A stretch of DNA of 64,000 nt. Source: a virus. Its lineage: Duplodnaviria; Heunggongvirae; Uroviricota; Caudoviricetes. A program made the position numbers and the translations under genes. The stretch's first letter is position 1. The number at the start of each line of letters is the position of its first letter. Under the pieces are notes generated by a model that had not been told where the DNA came from, made no database searches, and saw nothing but the letters and a program-made list of their open reading frames with translations. Positions 10,271 through 20,129 of the stretch are shown piece after piece. Location: positions 64,001 to 128,000 of IMG/VR virus record IMGVR_UViG_3300032038_000014; one strand, written 5' to 3'.

Positions 10271-11221
10271 TTATTCATTATTATCTCTAACAACATCAAC
10301 CCAACGTAATCTATCTGATACGGCAGTAAGATTTGTTTCGATTGTAGTCATACGACTTTGAGCTGCAGTCATAGATGCATTAAGATCACTAATAGCAGCT
10401 TCATTATCAGAGACTCTATTTGTTAAAGAATTTACTTGAGATTGTAAACCAACTGTTGTTAGTCCATCTCCTAAAATTATCGTATTTAAATTTGATAAAA
10501 TTCTAATAACGCCATCTGTTTGAACCATTTGTACCAATTGAGAATCCGTTTCTGCTGGATTTGCAATAGTACCAAACATAGCGTTTGTTAAATTATCAAT
10601 ATCAACCGCTGCTTGAGTTATATCTAAAACCGTTTCATGGTTTGTAACCCAATTAGCAAGCTCTTCTAAAGTGTCTAAAGAGGTTGGCGCATTTCCTACT
10701 AAATCATCAATTAAACCTGAAGCAATACTTCTAATGCTTCCAGTATCACCAGCATATAAATCATCAAAACGATTGTTAACACTGTTTTCTAATTGAGCAG
10801 TTGGATTTGCCCATGTTCCATCTCCGCGTAAGAAGAGTCCTTGATCGCCCGCCATTGGTTGTGGGACCAAGCCCGCTTCACCATCGTCTTGAGCAGTAGC
10901 ACCTGTCATTTCATTTATGATCGTTGCCAATGCAGATTCTAAAGACATCGGCTCCCATAATTGATCAGTATCATTATAAACTAATACAGCATCATTAGGA
11001 ATATTGTTACTAATTAACACATCTCCTAAATCTGCAATATTATAAGTGTTACTAATACCACTAGAAATTAATTTATTACCTAAAAATAAACTACCTTTAT
11101 TTGCACCATCTTCAGCTACAAAATATAAGGTATCGGGATCTTTATTAGTAATACTTTCCCACGCTGCTGGAGTACCTCTTAAAAATTTTACGTAATTGCC
11201 TTGTACTTGCCTATACGCCAT
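10271..11221 (-). CDS. Tail fibre protein (316 aa)
   Basis: Start moved to ATG 11221 (RBS AAGGAGG). Phage fibre motifs KDPDTLYFV, GEAGLVPQPMAGDQGLFLRGDGTWANP and APTSLDTLEELA; C-terminal coiled coil. Confidence 0.65.
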   Translation of the reverse strand: MAYRQVQGNYVKFLRGTPAAWESITNKDPDTLYFVAEDGANKGSLFLGNKLISSGISNTYNIADLGDVLISNNIPNDAVLVYNDTDQLWEPMSLESALATIINEMTGATAQDDGEAGLVPQPMAGDQGLFLRGDGTWANPTAQLENSVNNRFDDLYAGDTGSIRSIASGLIDDLVGNAPTSLDTLEELANWVTNHETVLDITQAAVDIDNLTNAMFGTIANPAETDSQLVQMVQTDGVIRILSNLNTIILGDGLTTVGLQSQVNSLTNRVSDNEAAISDLNASMTAAQSRMTTIETNLTAVSDRLRWVDVVRDNNE

Positions 11222-11282
11222 TTTTAATATCCTCCTTTTTTCAACTCTCCTAGTTTTCTTCAAAAAAGAAGTAATTAAACTA

Positions 11283-11316
11283 AACTAGCTTGGCCAAATA
11301 AATGACCAAGCTAGTT
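11283..11316 (-). terminator. Stem-loop, probable terminator
   Basis: 11-bp stem AACTAGCTTGG/CCAAGCTAGTT right after the stop of the 1754-aa gene. Confidence 0.6.
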
Positions 11317-11325
11317 ATTTTATAA

Positions 11326-14300
11326 TTATGCTAAAGTAGCTTCTATTGCTCTTAAGCGTTCATCTAAATTTTGTAAAGTAAATGTTACTGCAGTACTCTC
11401 TCCAGTTGGAGTATAACTAAATTGTTTAGACTTGATATCTGGAATATCATTTACACCTAAAGTCTTTGTGCCAACTGTTATTTTTCCATTTGTTTGACTT
11501 ACAGAACCAATTACTTGACCATTAGAAAGTGTTGGAGTATCTACATCCAAACCACTAATTGTACTATTAATAGTATCAATAGCTCCTGCCATTGTTGCTG
11601 AAGTAGTTGTCTTACTAGTATTATTATAAGTATAATTAACTGTATTTCCAGAAATATCTGGAATATCTACTGCTTTTAATTGTTTAGTAGAAGCAGTAAC
11701 TTTACCGTTAGTTTGACTTACTTTTCCAATAACATATCCATTGCCTGCAGATACTTCACTTAAGTCTAAACTCTCAATTGCACTTTCAAGTTTTCCAAAT
11801 GCTTGTCCAATAGAATCAGAAGCTACAATGTTTTGAGTTACTCCAGAAGGAGTTGTATATCCTGTTAAAACTAAGTCTTTAACAGCAGATTCAGTTTTTG
11901 TAAATGTACCACTATTAGTACCAGCCGTATAAGTTAATCCAGTAACTACATTTCCTTTATTGCTAGTAACTAATGTTTCATTACCAGATTCTAAACCCAA
12001 ACTTGGAATTTTAACAGTATGGTCAGCACTCACTGCAATATGGCCTTTACTATCAATACTAAATGAAGGAACTTTAAAAGTACTTCCAAAGTTTGGAGTT
12101 TTATTTCCAGTTTCGCCACGTGCAGTTGCATTAGTTTCAACTGGACCAGTATGAGTAATTTTAACAGTTTTAGTTCCATCAACAGTTGCTACTTCTGTAG
12201 CTATCCAACTATCTGCTCCATTAAAATTAATAGTTGCATAAGGGGTACCTGCGGCAAGGGCCGTTCCACTGTCTCCAGAAATTACGCCATATCCATCTGG
12301 CATATCAATAGTAGTTGTTTTCCAAGCTACTACATGACCTTTATCATCAAGAATAGGTTCTTTATCTGTGATTTGAGCGCCAGTATTTGTAGATAAGTTA
12401 ATAGAAGCAGTTGTTGAAGTACCAGCATGATACTCATGAGTTATTTTAACTTTCTTAACGCTATCTTCAGTAGCTACATTGGTTTGAATCCAATTATCTG
12501 AACCTTCAAATTTAACAGTAGCATATGTTCCACCAGCAACAAGTGAATTATTGCTATCATCTTTAAATACTCCAAATCCATGCGGGAATTTAATAGTTTC
12601 ACTATGTGTTCCTACTACATGACCAGTTGCGTCTATTAATGCTGAAACATCTACATATTGAGCACTATTATTAGTATTTAAATTAGTAGTTCCACTAGTA
12701 TTATCAATTGGATTATATTCATGAGTAAATTTAACTTTTCTATTTGTTGAATCTACTGCAGTTTGAATCCATTCATCAGTTCCTTCAAACTTAATAGAAG
12801 CATGTGTTCCTCCGGCCGCAAGTGATCCGCTATCTCCAGTAACAACACCAAATGCTTGTGGAAGTTGATAAGTTTCAGTATGCTTACCTCCAACATGTCC
12901 AGTTTCATCAACCAATGGATAAATATTAACTAAACTTGCATTATTATTTTCTTTTAAGTTTGTAGTATGACTTGTATCAGCAATTTGAGTCCATAAATGT
13001 TCAATATTAATACTAGGTGTACCAACTTGTGGATCTACATTAATCTTAGTCCACTTAGTAGTTACTCTATCGGCACCATGTAATCTGCCATAGTTATCAA
13101 CAACCATAACTTGACCTGGTGACCAAGTAGAGAATTGAGCAATTTTATCTTGTAAAGTATGTAATGCACCTTGAACTGTTCTAGTATCACGAGTATCTTC
13201 ATCATCATACTCAAGCATTCCTTTAATTTTAATCATCAAACCATGTAAAGTACCTAAATCTCTAGCAAAATCTGTAAATGGTTCAAGACCAAAACTTTCT
13301 GTTCTTCTACCTAAAGTTAAAGTAGCTGGAATGTAATGAGCATCATAATTCCAAACTGCACCCTTTGGATAAATATTTGCAGTATCATTCATTACATAAA
13401 GTGCATTACGATCATATATAGGTTTTGTTAAATCATAATTATCATCGGTAATTAAAGTATATTGACCAGTAGCAGTATTCTTTTCATAATATCTATAAGA
13501 TTCAAAGAATTTAAGATTTACAGGTGCACCACGTACTTCTATAATTTTATAATAAACATCATGCATCTTCTTTGGATAAGTATCAAGAATATAATCAGTA
13601 TATCCATTTTGTAACTGTGAATCAGTTAAATAATGGAATTTACCAGCCTCATAGAACTTATCTTGATAAAGCATTGCAGAAATTTCTGGATTATTAAAAT
13701 CTCCATCTCCAGCATGAAGTACATAATCACCATAATTATCACTTACATTCTTTCTTAAAACAACAATTTCATCACTTGTTAATAAAGCAGTATCAGCAAG
13801 TCTAGATATTACTTCATAATTATTTCCTTTCTTATGGAAGAACTCATATTCATGGAATTGAATAAGAGTATAAGGTCTTTCTTGATCAACTTGATAATAA
13901 TTATTATTTATCTTATAAAGTGTCTCATTTCTTACAAAGTATGGAGCTTTAGCTGCATCATATTCAAGATCAGTACATAAATAATAATCATTATCTGAAT
14001 TACTACCTTCATGAGCTCCTGGCTTTAATAAGTAATAAGTATCTTTAATATAATAGTTCATACTATCTTCTATCAAATTTGCTCTTTGATAAGTAATAAC
14101 CCTATTATACACATTATCATCAATAGTAGTTTGACTACTAGTATCTAATACGTAATAAATACCTCCTACTGGCTGTTCATTTTGTAAACTTCTATTAAGA
14201 GTGGTTTCAACAGCAAGTTTAAAGTTTCCATTTGTATCTTTATAAATATATTTACCTGGAACATAAATACCAAAGTAACTTCCTGCAGAGAATAAACTTG

Positions 14301-16590
14301 GAAGAGTTCTTAAATTCTCAGGTTTTAAACTATAATAAGTTTTATCCGTTTCTGCGGTATCTGATTCAGATAAAATATAATTTCCTTGTCCATCTCGATA
14401 ATAAAATTTATTTTTTTCATATATATCAGACAAGTTACTAAATGTTTCTGTTCTAATTTGATCCCAACGATAATAAGTTTTATCACGTTGATATTTTGGT
14501 TCTCTAACATAATCTAATTTAAGCGGATTAAATGCACTGGTCTTTCTGAAATAATTTCTACCAGTTACATATTCACCGCTAGTATCAAGAACGAAATTAG
14601 AACCAGACTCTATATAGAAAGTATTATTTGCATAAGATGATGCTGTAACGTTAGCAGCTTCATATTGATACAAAGAATCATCGGAACCCGTAAAATCTGG
14701 ATAACAATATGTCATACCATCAAAACGAGAAAATCCAGAAACCTGAGTGTATTCAGCACTTTCATTAATAGTTCTTAAATAATATTCAGCTCCACTTGTC
14801 CAACTTGATCTTGTATCAATACTATATGTATTTCCATTTTTAATATAATAATAACCCGGCTTATAGCCAGCAGCAGTTACAGTTACTTTTTCATAACCAT
14901 AAGAACTTGCTGGTAAAGCAGTATAATTATAAATCATATGTCTACGATTAAATGTATGATTAGTTTCATCATAATAAATACGATGGTCACTTAAATCATC
15001 AATATGATTCATTAAATCTTCATTTGTTCCAGAAGTAATAATCATACCCATTAAATCGTGAACAGAATTTAAAGCACCAGCAATAGTTTCTACACTTTTA
15101 GTCTTATATAAATATTGACCACCGAAATCATAATCATTAACCAATCTTAATCCATGACGATCCAAGCCCGCACGAGCTTTTTCCCATCTAATATCAAGAT
15201 TACGCATTTCACCATCATTAACTTCTTCACTTCCGTAAATTAAGTCCCAGATTGCGGCAATGGTATTACCAAGTGCTGGTAACATGATAGATAGCTCTTG
15301 AATATCTTCTTGGACAGAATCAGTAATAGTTCCATCATGACGATTATACATATGACCACTTATACCAGTTGGTTCAACTTTAATATGGTCTTCAATTTTC
15401 TCATAATAAGTTTCATGAGAATCAAAATCTAAATCATCAGCTAATGAATAAACTCCATTATGTTTAGTATAATAAATATAAGGCTCATAAGTATCTGCGG
15501 TTAAATCAATTTCAAAATAACCATAAGAAACTTTTTCTGGATTAAAACCAGCTTTATTATAATAGATCGCTGCTTCAGGTTCTACAACTGTTTCATAAAT
15601 ATATTCACCTTGTTCATTAAGAATTGTATCAAAACCTTCATAATCTCCTTCTTCTGCGGAAACCCAACGACCTAATTGATTTTCTTCATCAACTGTAAAC
15701 TGAAAATTCTTAATTGTATTAACACCATCATAAGTAGTTTTATACCAAGATGTTCTTTCATCAGATGGATATGTTTTAGTTCCGGAAGTCATACGAGTAT
15801 TTCCAATACCGCTATTTTTACCATCTGCATTAAGAATTGGTCCAAGTAATGATGCATTAGCATTACGTACTCTAAATCCCCAAGATGGAGACCAGTGAAG
15901 TTTATAATAAACATTTGTACTATCAGCATCAAAATGCGGAGTTAATGGAATCATTTTTGGAGCATCAGCTTCAATATCAAAAGTTGGTACGATTGTATTC
16001 AGTTCTGCAACCATTACATATTTATCTTGTCCATCTTGATAAACTTTTTGCCAAACTGTTGAATCGTAACCTCTAGATGTACTATATTCAGTTACATCTA
16101 TATTATAATTTAAAGAATAAACATCAGCATATTCTACAAACGTTGCATATTGAACAATAGTTGGTTCTCCTCCTGGAGTTTCACTCGCTACTTCAACATC
16201 TGCATGTCCTTCAACTCTCCAAAACTCCCATTCTGTTTGATTTGGATCTGCGACATTGTGAATATGATCGGGTGGAATTGCAATAACTTGATATTGAAAT
16301 AATACATCATTATTTGGATCTGCTTGAGTAACTCTTTCGACCCATCTAAAACGAGTTAATTGCTCTCCATTCCAAGAAGAACCAAACTGAAAACCGTTTT
16401 CAGTTGTGATCTTATATGCGTGAAGGTAATAATCACTAGCGCCATCTTCTTCGTAATTTACAAGAACATATCTTCCTGCATAAATGCCATCTTCACTAGC
16501 AGAATCATCCATTTGTTTTCGACTAGTATATACTCTATCGAATTGGAATTGAGTTCTTGAAGTATTTGTTATATTACCATAAAAACCCAT
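11326..16590 (-). CDS. Large tail fibre / receptor-binding protein (1754 aa)
   Basis: Tyr-rich short repeats in the N-terminal half. Three ~95-aa tandem repeats (D..GHV...FEG.D.WI.T...KV..TH) and two L..(VIG)VSQTNGK..DIPDI repeats near the C-terminus. Confidence 0.65.
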   Translation of the reverse strand: MGFYGNITNTSRTQFQFDRVYTSRKQMDDSASEDGIYAGRYVLVNYEEDGASDYYLHAYKITTENGFQFGSSWNGEQLTRFRWVERVTQADPNNDVLFQYQVIAIPPDHIHNVADPNQTEWEFWRVEGHADVEVASETPGGEPTIVQYATFVEYADVYSLNYNIDVTEYSTSRGYDSTVWQKVYQDGQDKYVMVAELNTIVPTFDIEADAPKMIPLTPHFDADSTNVYYKLHWSPSWGFRVRNANASLLGPILNADGKNSGIGNTRMTSGTKTYPSDERTSWYKTTYDGVNTIKNFQFTVDEENQLGRWVSAEEGDYEGFDTILNEQGEYIYETVVEPEAAIYYNKAGFNPEKVSYGYFEIDLTADTYEPYIYYTKHNGVYSLADDLDFDSHETYYEKIEDHIKVEPTGISGHMYNRHDGTITDSVQEDIQELSIMLPALGNTIAAIWDLIYGSEEVNDGEMRNLDIRWEKARAGLDRHGLRLVNDYDFGGQYLYKTKSVETIAGALNSVHDLMGMIITSGTNEDLMNHIDDLSDHRIYYDETNHTFNRRHMIYNYTALPASSYGYEKVTVTAAGYKPGYYYIKNGNTYSIDTRSSWTSGAEYYLRTINESAEYTQVSGFSRFDGMTYCYPDFTGSDDSLYQYEAANVTASSYANNTFYIESGSNFVLDTSGEYVTGRNYFRKTSAFNPLKLDYVREPKYQRDKTYYRWDQIRTETFSNLSDIYEKNKFYYRDGQGNYILSESDTAETDKTYYSLKPENLRTLPSLFSAGSYFGIYVPGKYIYKDTNGNFKLAVETTLNRSLQNEQPVGGIYYVLDTSSQTTIDDNVYNRVITYQRANLIEDSMNYYIKDTYYLLKPGAHEGSNSDNDYYLCTDLEYDAAKAPYFVRNETLYKINNNYYQVDQERPYTLIQFHEYEFFHKKGNNYEVISRLADTALLTSDEIVVLRKNVSDNYGDYVLHAGDGDFNNPEISAMLYQDKFYEAGKFHYLTDSQLQNGYTDYILDTYPKKMHDVYYKIIEVRGAPVNLKFFESYRYYEKNTATGQYTLITDDNYDLTKPIYDRNALYVMNDTANIYPKGAVWNYDAHYIPATLTLGRRTESFGLEPFTDFARDLGTLHGLMIKIKGMLEYDDEDTRDTRTVQGALHTLQDKIAQFSTWSPGQVMVVDNYGRLHGADRVTTKWTKINVDPQVGTPSINIEHLWTQIADTSHTTNLKENNNASLVNIYPLVDETGHVGGKHTETYQLPQAFGVVTGDSGSLAAGGTHASIKFEGTDEWIQTAVDSTNRKVKFTHEYNPIDNTSGTTNLNTNNSAQYVDVSALIDATGHVVGTHSETIKFPHGFGVFKDDSNNSLVAGGTYATVKFEGSDNWIQTNVATEDSVKKVKITHEYHAGTSTTASINLSTNTGAQITDKEPILDDKGHVVAWKTTTIDMPDGYGVISGDSGTALAAGTPYATINFNGADSWIATEVATVDGTKTVKITHTGPVETNATARGETGNKTPNFGSTFKVPSFSIDSKGHIAVSADHTVKIPSLGLESGNETLVTSNKGNVVTGLTYTAGTNSGTFTKTESAVKDLVLTGYTTPSGVTQNIVASDSIGQAFGKLESAIESLDLSEVSAGNGYVIGKVSQTNGKVTASTKQLKAVDIPDISGNTVNYTYNNTSKTTTSATMAGAIDTINSTISGLDVDTPTLSNGQVIGSVSQTNGKITVGTKTLGVNDIPDIKSKQFSYTPTGESTAVTFTLQNLDERLRAIEATLA

Positions 16591-16593
16591 TTA

Positions 16594-16938
16594 TTAAACC
16601 TCCTCTCCGTTATCGTAAATAATGTCTACTATCAAATAAGAATTACGATTTCTACCAATTGCTTCGATTGAAGTATAATCAAACCTAATATCAGAAATTT
16701 CTGTTTCTTCTTCTAAATCAAGTTCATAAATTCCTGTGCGTCCGATTATAACTGGTTCTATTGCGTTATTAAGATAAAACATTGTGCCAGGAAGAGATTG
16801 TATTCCCAATTGTAAAATTGGAAAATAAGCTTTGAAGACACTGCCATTTATATAACCAGTACTTCCAACATTAGAAGGCTGATTTTTAGCCATGTCATCA
16901 TCGCTATAAAAACGAAATTGTTTTACTACATTCGCCAT
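16594..16938 (-). CDS. Conserved hypothetical tail-region protein (114 aa)
   Basis: RBS GGAGG/GGAG; tightly packed in the tail operon. Confidence 0.55.
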   Translation of the reverse strand: MANVVKQFRFYSDDDMAKNQPSNVGSTGYINGSVFKAYFPILQLGIQSLPGTMFYLNNAIEPVIIGRTGIYELDLEEETEISDIRFDYTSIEAIGRNRNSYLIVDIIYDNGEEV

Positions 16939-16952
16939 TCTCCTTATCCTCC

Positions 16953-19900
16953 TTAATACAAGTTTTCTACTGCTTTTGTAGCAGATATTGACATCGTACC
17001 ATTATGTGTTAATGGAAATGTCAATCTTGTAATTATATATTCACCATTAATACCACTATTATCATCTCGAACTAAAATTCTATTATTTGGTTCAAGATAA
17101 TATATTGGTAATGCATTAATCGTAATTGATTCTGCACAATAAGCATATGAATATAACCAATCATTAAGCACATCCATTGCAGATTTTCCTTGTCCACTTA
17201 TTGAGAATAAATTCTCTAAATAATCAGGTAATCTGATATAAGTATATCCAGTGCCTTTTTTTTCTTTTTCCGCTTGAATATTAGTATCTGGATCGACAAA
17301 AATTACTGTAGGTACGTCTCTATAGTAAATAGAATTTATATTAGTATCATTATTAGCTTTCGTCCTATCTCCAATATTACAAACTTTATATTGATCAAGT
17401 TCGCCCTCAGTGTCTAAAAAATCAAACCAAAAATTTAATAATTCTGGATTATCTTTAATGGTATGAACCCAATGAGTATTTTTATCATAGTCATCAGAAG
17501 ATTGTGCAAAATAAATTTCATTCTTATCATATTTTAATGCTTTTAAATAATCTTTATTAGCAGGAGATAAAGCATCACATCTTCTGACAAAACAATAATT
17601 CTCTGGATGTCGTTCATATAAATCTTTATCTGGTACACTATCTAATGGTTGCATTTGATTTTTATAGTTACAAAAATAAAAAGTCCCACCACATAGTGGC
17701 TCCCAAGCCGCGGCCGCAGTCACAGCTTCTTCATAAGTCATATTAGTACAACTTTGATAAATATAATATTTATCTTTGTGCGCATTATACTTAGATTCAT
17801 TAGGAGCAACTACTGTATAAGTGTATTTATAATAAGGATTATATAAATCTCTCCAAAAACCATTTATATCAATATAATATTGTTCATATCCGGTATAACC
17901 ACCAAGATAAAGATGTGTATCATCTGGAAGAGTATTATGTTTATCTACTTTAACTAAAAAATCTTCATCGTGATGATGTTTATTATAATCAACTGACATT
18001 TGATAAATTAATTCTCGCCAATCTGATAAAATAGCTCTATCTGTGTCTAAACCTAAATCTTCAATAACAATTGTATCAATCATAGCAACTATATCATCTG
18101 TTAATTCAGATGTTGGTAATTTAGGTTTATAGATAAAAGATTGACAATTATTTGTTTCATCTAAATAAATAAATTGATTATAAGTATGACCGCATCCATT
18201 AAAACCATGTTGGAAAGGACTCCAAGTACTATTAGCATATTCTCTAGCATTTCCATTACGATCTATAAAATTATAACCAACTTTACGTCCATAAGAATTT
18301 ACGGTAGGTCCATTTCCATAAAAAGGATTATGAGTATCTCTTTCTAAATCAATAACTAATTGATTAGAAAAACTTTGAGTTGTTCCATTAGGAAATTTAA
18401 TACTTCCTTTAAATCCTTCTGTACCATAGTCTCCAATAATACGATCTGGTAAAGCTCCTGTTAATAAAAAGTAGTATTCTGCCCAGTTAGTAATATCCCA
18501 CCAATCAGAAGAACCATCTGCTTTTTTTAAACAATCTGGAACCATAATTTTCTTAAAAACAATTTTTCCAGCAGCAATAGCCTCTTCTTCTTGACGCTTT
18601 TTCATAGCTTCTTTGTATTCATCCATTAATTTTTCATATCGACCATAACCTTCAGCTGTAATATAAATATTATTATTATAACCAATATACATCCATGGTT
18701 TAGTATCTATAGCATATCTTAAATGAATAGGCAATTCAATTCCAGTTACTCCTTTTCTGACACCCCATAAAGAATAATCATTTTTTAAATCTCCAAAATT
18801 AGGAGAATTAGAAAAAGAAGTGACTAAAACTGCATTATCAAATGAATAAACACAAGAAGAAGTTTCAGCAGCATTTTGAACAAAAATTTCTACTTTTTTA
18901 GAATAATATTGTTTATTTGCATCAAAGTCATTACTTTGATCTAAATAAAATTGATTGTTATCTTCATCCAAAAGATAAAAAGTATAACCTTTATAAGTTT
19001 CTTTAGTTAAAGAAACTTTAGTATAACTTACATCTTCAGTTTCTAAATTAGTAAATGTACTTTGAATATAAGTTTTCTTTCTTTGGAATACAAAACGTCC
19101 ATCTAAATCATAAAAATATTCAAATTCTCCAAGCATTTCTTTAATTTTATCTAACATAGAAGTAACAGTTTCTCCTACGTTAGAAATTAAATCTCCTGCA
19201 TAAGTCAAATCTGTAGTTCTATAACCTATAACATCACCATATTCAGCTTTCATTAAAGTATAACGTCTTTGTTGATTAGCTGGTTTACCTACATCTTCTG
19301 GATCTATAAATTCAGTAGGATCTGGAAATTCACTATGCAATTCAGTAAGTCGATAATCAAAACAAATTTGAGATTCTGGTATATCTCCAATTAAATCTCG
19401 CGGTAAATTAAATTGCATAGTTTCAACCACTCCTGTATTAACCCCATATATAAGATACATAGGAATGTCACCTCTATATTCCAAAAGCTCAAGCCCGCAA
19501 TCATCTAAATCATTAATAATAATATTCCAATAAGGCTCTTTAGCATGTTCATGAACAGCTTCAAGAATAATATCTTTTAAAAGATAATCAGTCGTCATAA
19601 TTGAACCATCAGCATTGACAGTATCAATTTTACCAAAATCCCAGGAGAGAGGAGTTATTATTCCACCTACTTCTCCATTTAAAAGAGTCATCTTATCTTT
19701 ACCTTGAATACTAATTGTATAAGAACTGGTAGATTGTGAAGTACTAAAAGTTGAAATAACATAAGTACCCATTTTAAACCAACAAATATCTGGATATAAA
19801 TGATATTGCTCTTTATAATCAGGACGTTCTTTTATAGTATTTCGTACTCCTATATAAAGTTTAAATTTAGTATTTAAACCCCAATAAAATTCATGAATAT

Positions 19901-20129
19901 TTAATTCATGTGCGACTAAAGATAATGAGCAGGTTCTGCGGACAGCAGATGTGCCGTCCACAGAAACTGAACCTTGAGTCACTCGACCTTCAATTTTTTC
20001 AAGAGGATTCTCGTTAAAATCTAATGCGACGATTTTGGCAAAAATTTCTCGTTCTTTTTCTTGGTCGAGCAATCTTAAAAAATCTTTGTCGATTAAAAAT
20101 ATATCATCATATTTATTCAACGAGACCAT
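16953..20129 (-). CDS. Putative baseplate hub / tail-associated protein (1058 aa)
   Basis: GRVTQGSVSVDGTSAVRRTCSLSL, YFYDLDGRFVFQ and C-terminal ILVRDDNSGINGEYIITRLTFPL...MSISA are hub-like; downstream of the TMP. Confidence 0.55.
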   Translation of the reverse strand: MVSLNKYDDIFLIDKDFLRLLDQEKEREIFAKIVALDFNENPLEKIEGRVTQGSVSVDGTSAVRRTCSLSLVAHELNIHEFYWGLNTKFKLYIGVRNTIKERPDYKEQYHLYPDICWFKMGTYVISTFSTSQSTSSYTISIQGKDKMTLLNGEVGGIITPLSWDFGKIDTVNADGSIMTTDYLLKDIILEAVHEHAKEPYWNIIINDLDDCGLELLEYRGDIPMYLIYGVNTGVVETMQFNLPRDLIGDIPESQICFDYRLTELHSEFPDPTEFIDPEDVGKPANQQRRYTLMKAEYGDVIGYRTTDLTYAGDLISNVGETVTSMLDKIKEMLGEFEYFYDLDGRFVFQRKKTYIQSTFTNLETEDVSYTKVSLTKETYKGYTFYLLDEDNNQFYLDQSNDFDANKQYYSKKVEIFVQNAAETSSCVYSFDNAVLVTSFSNSPNFGDLKNDYSLWGVRKGVTGIELPIHLRYAIDTKPWMYIGYNNNIYITAEGYGRYEKLMDEYKEAMKKRQEEEAIAAGKIVFKKIMVPDCLKKADGSSDWWDITNWAEYYFLLTGALPDRIIGDYGTEGFKGSIKFPNGTTQSFSNQLVIDLERDTHNPFYGNGPTVNSYGRKVGYNFIDRNGNAREYANSTWSPFQHGFNGCGHTYNQFIYLDETNNCQSFIYKPKLPTSELTDDIVAMIDTIVIEDLGLDTDRAILSDWRELIYQMSVDYNKHHHDEDFLVKVDKHNTLPDDTHLYLGGYTGYEQYYIDINGFWRDLYNPYYKYTYTVVAPNESKYNAHKDKYYIYQSCTNMTYEEAVTAAAAWEPLCGGTFYFCNYKNQMQPLDSVPDKDLYERHPENYCFVRRCDALSPANKDYLKALKYDKNEIYFAQSSDDYDKNTHWVHTIKDNPELLNFWFDFLDTEGELDQYKVCNIGDRTKANNDTNINSIYYRDVPTVIFVDPDTNIQAEKEKKGTGYTYIRLPDYLENLFSISGQGKSAMDVLNDWLYSYAYCAESITINALPIYYLEPNNRILVRDDNSGINGEYIITRLTFPLTHNGTMSISATKAVENLY

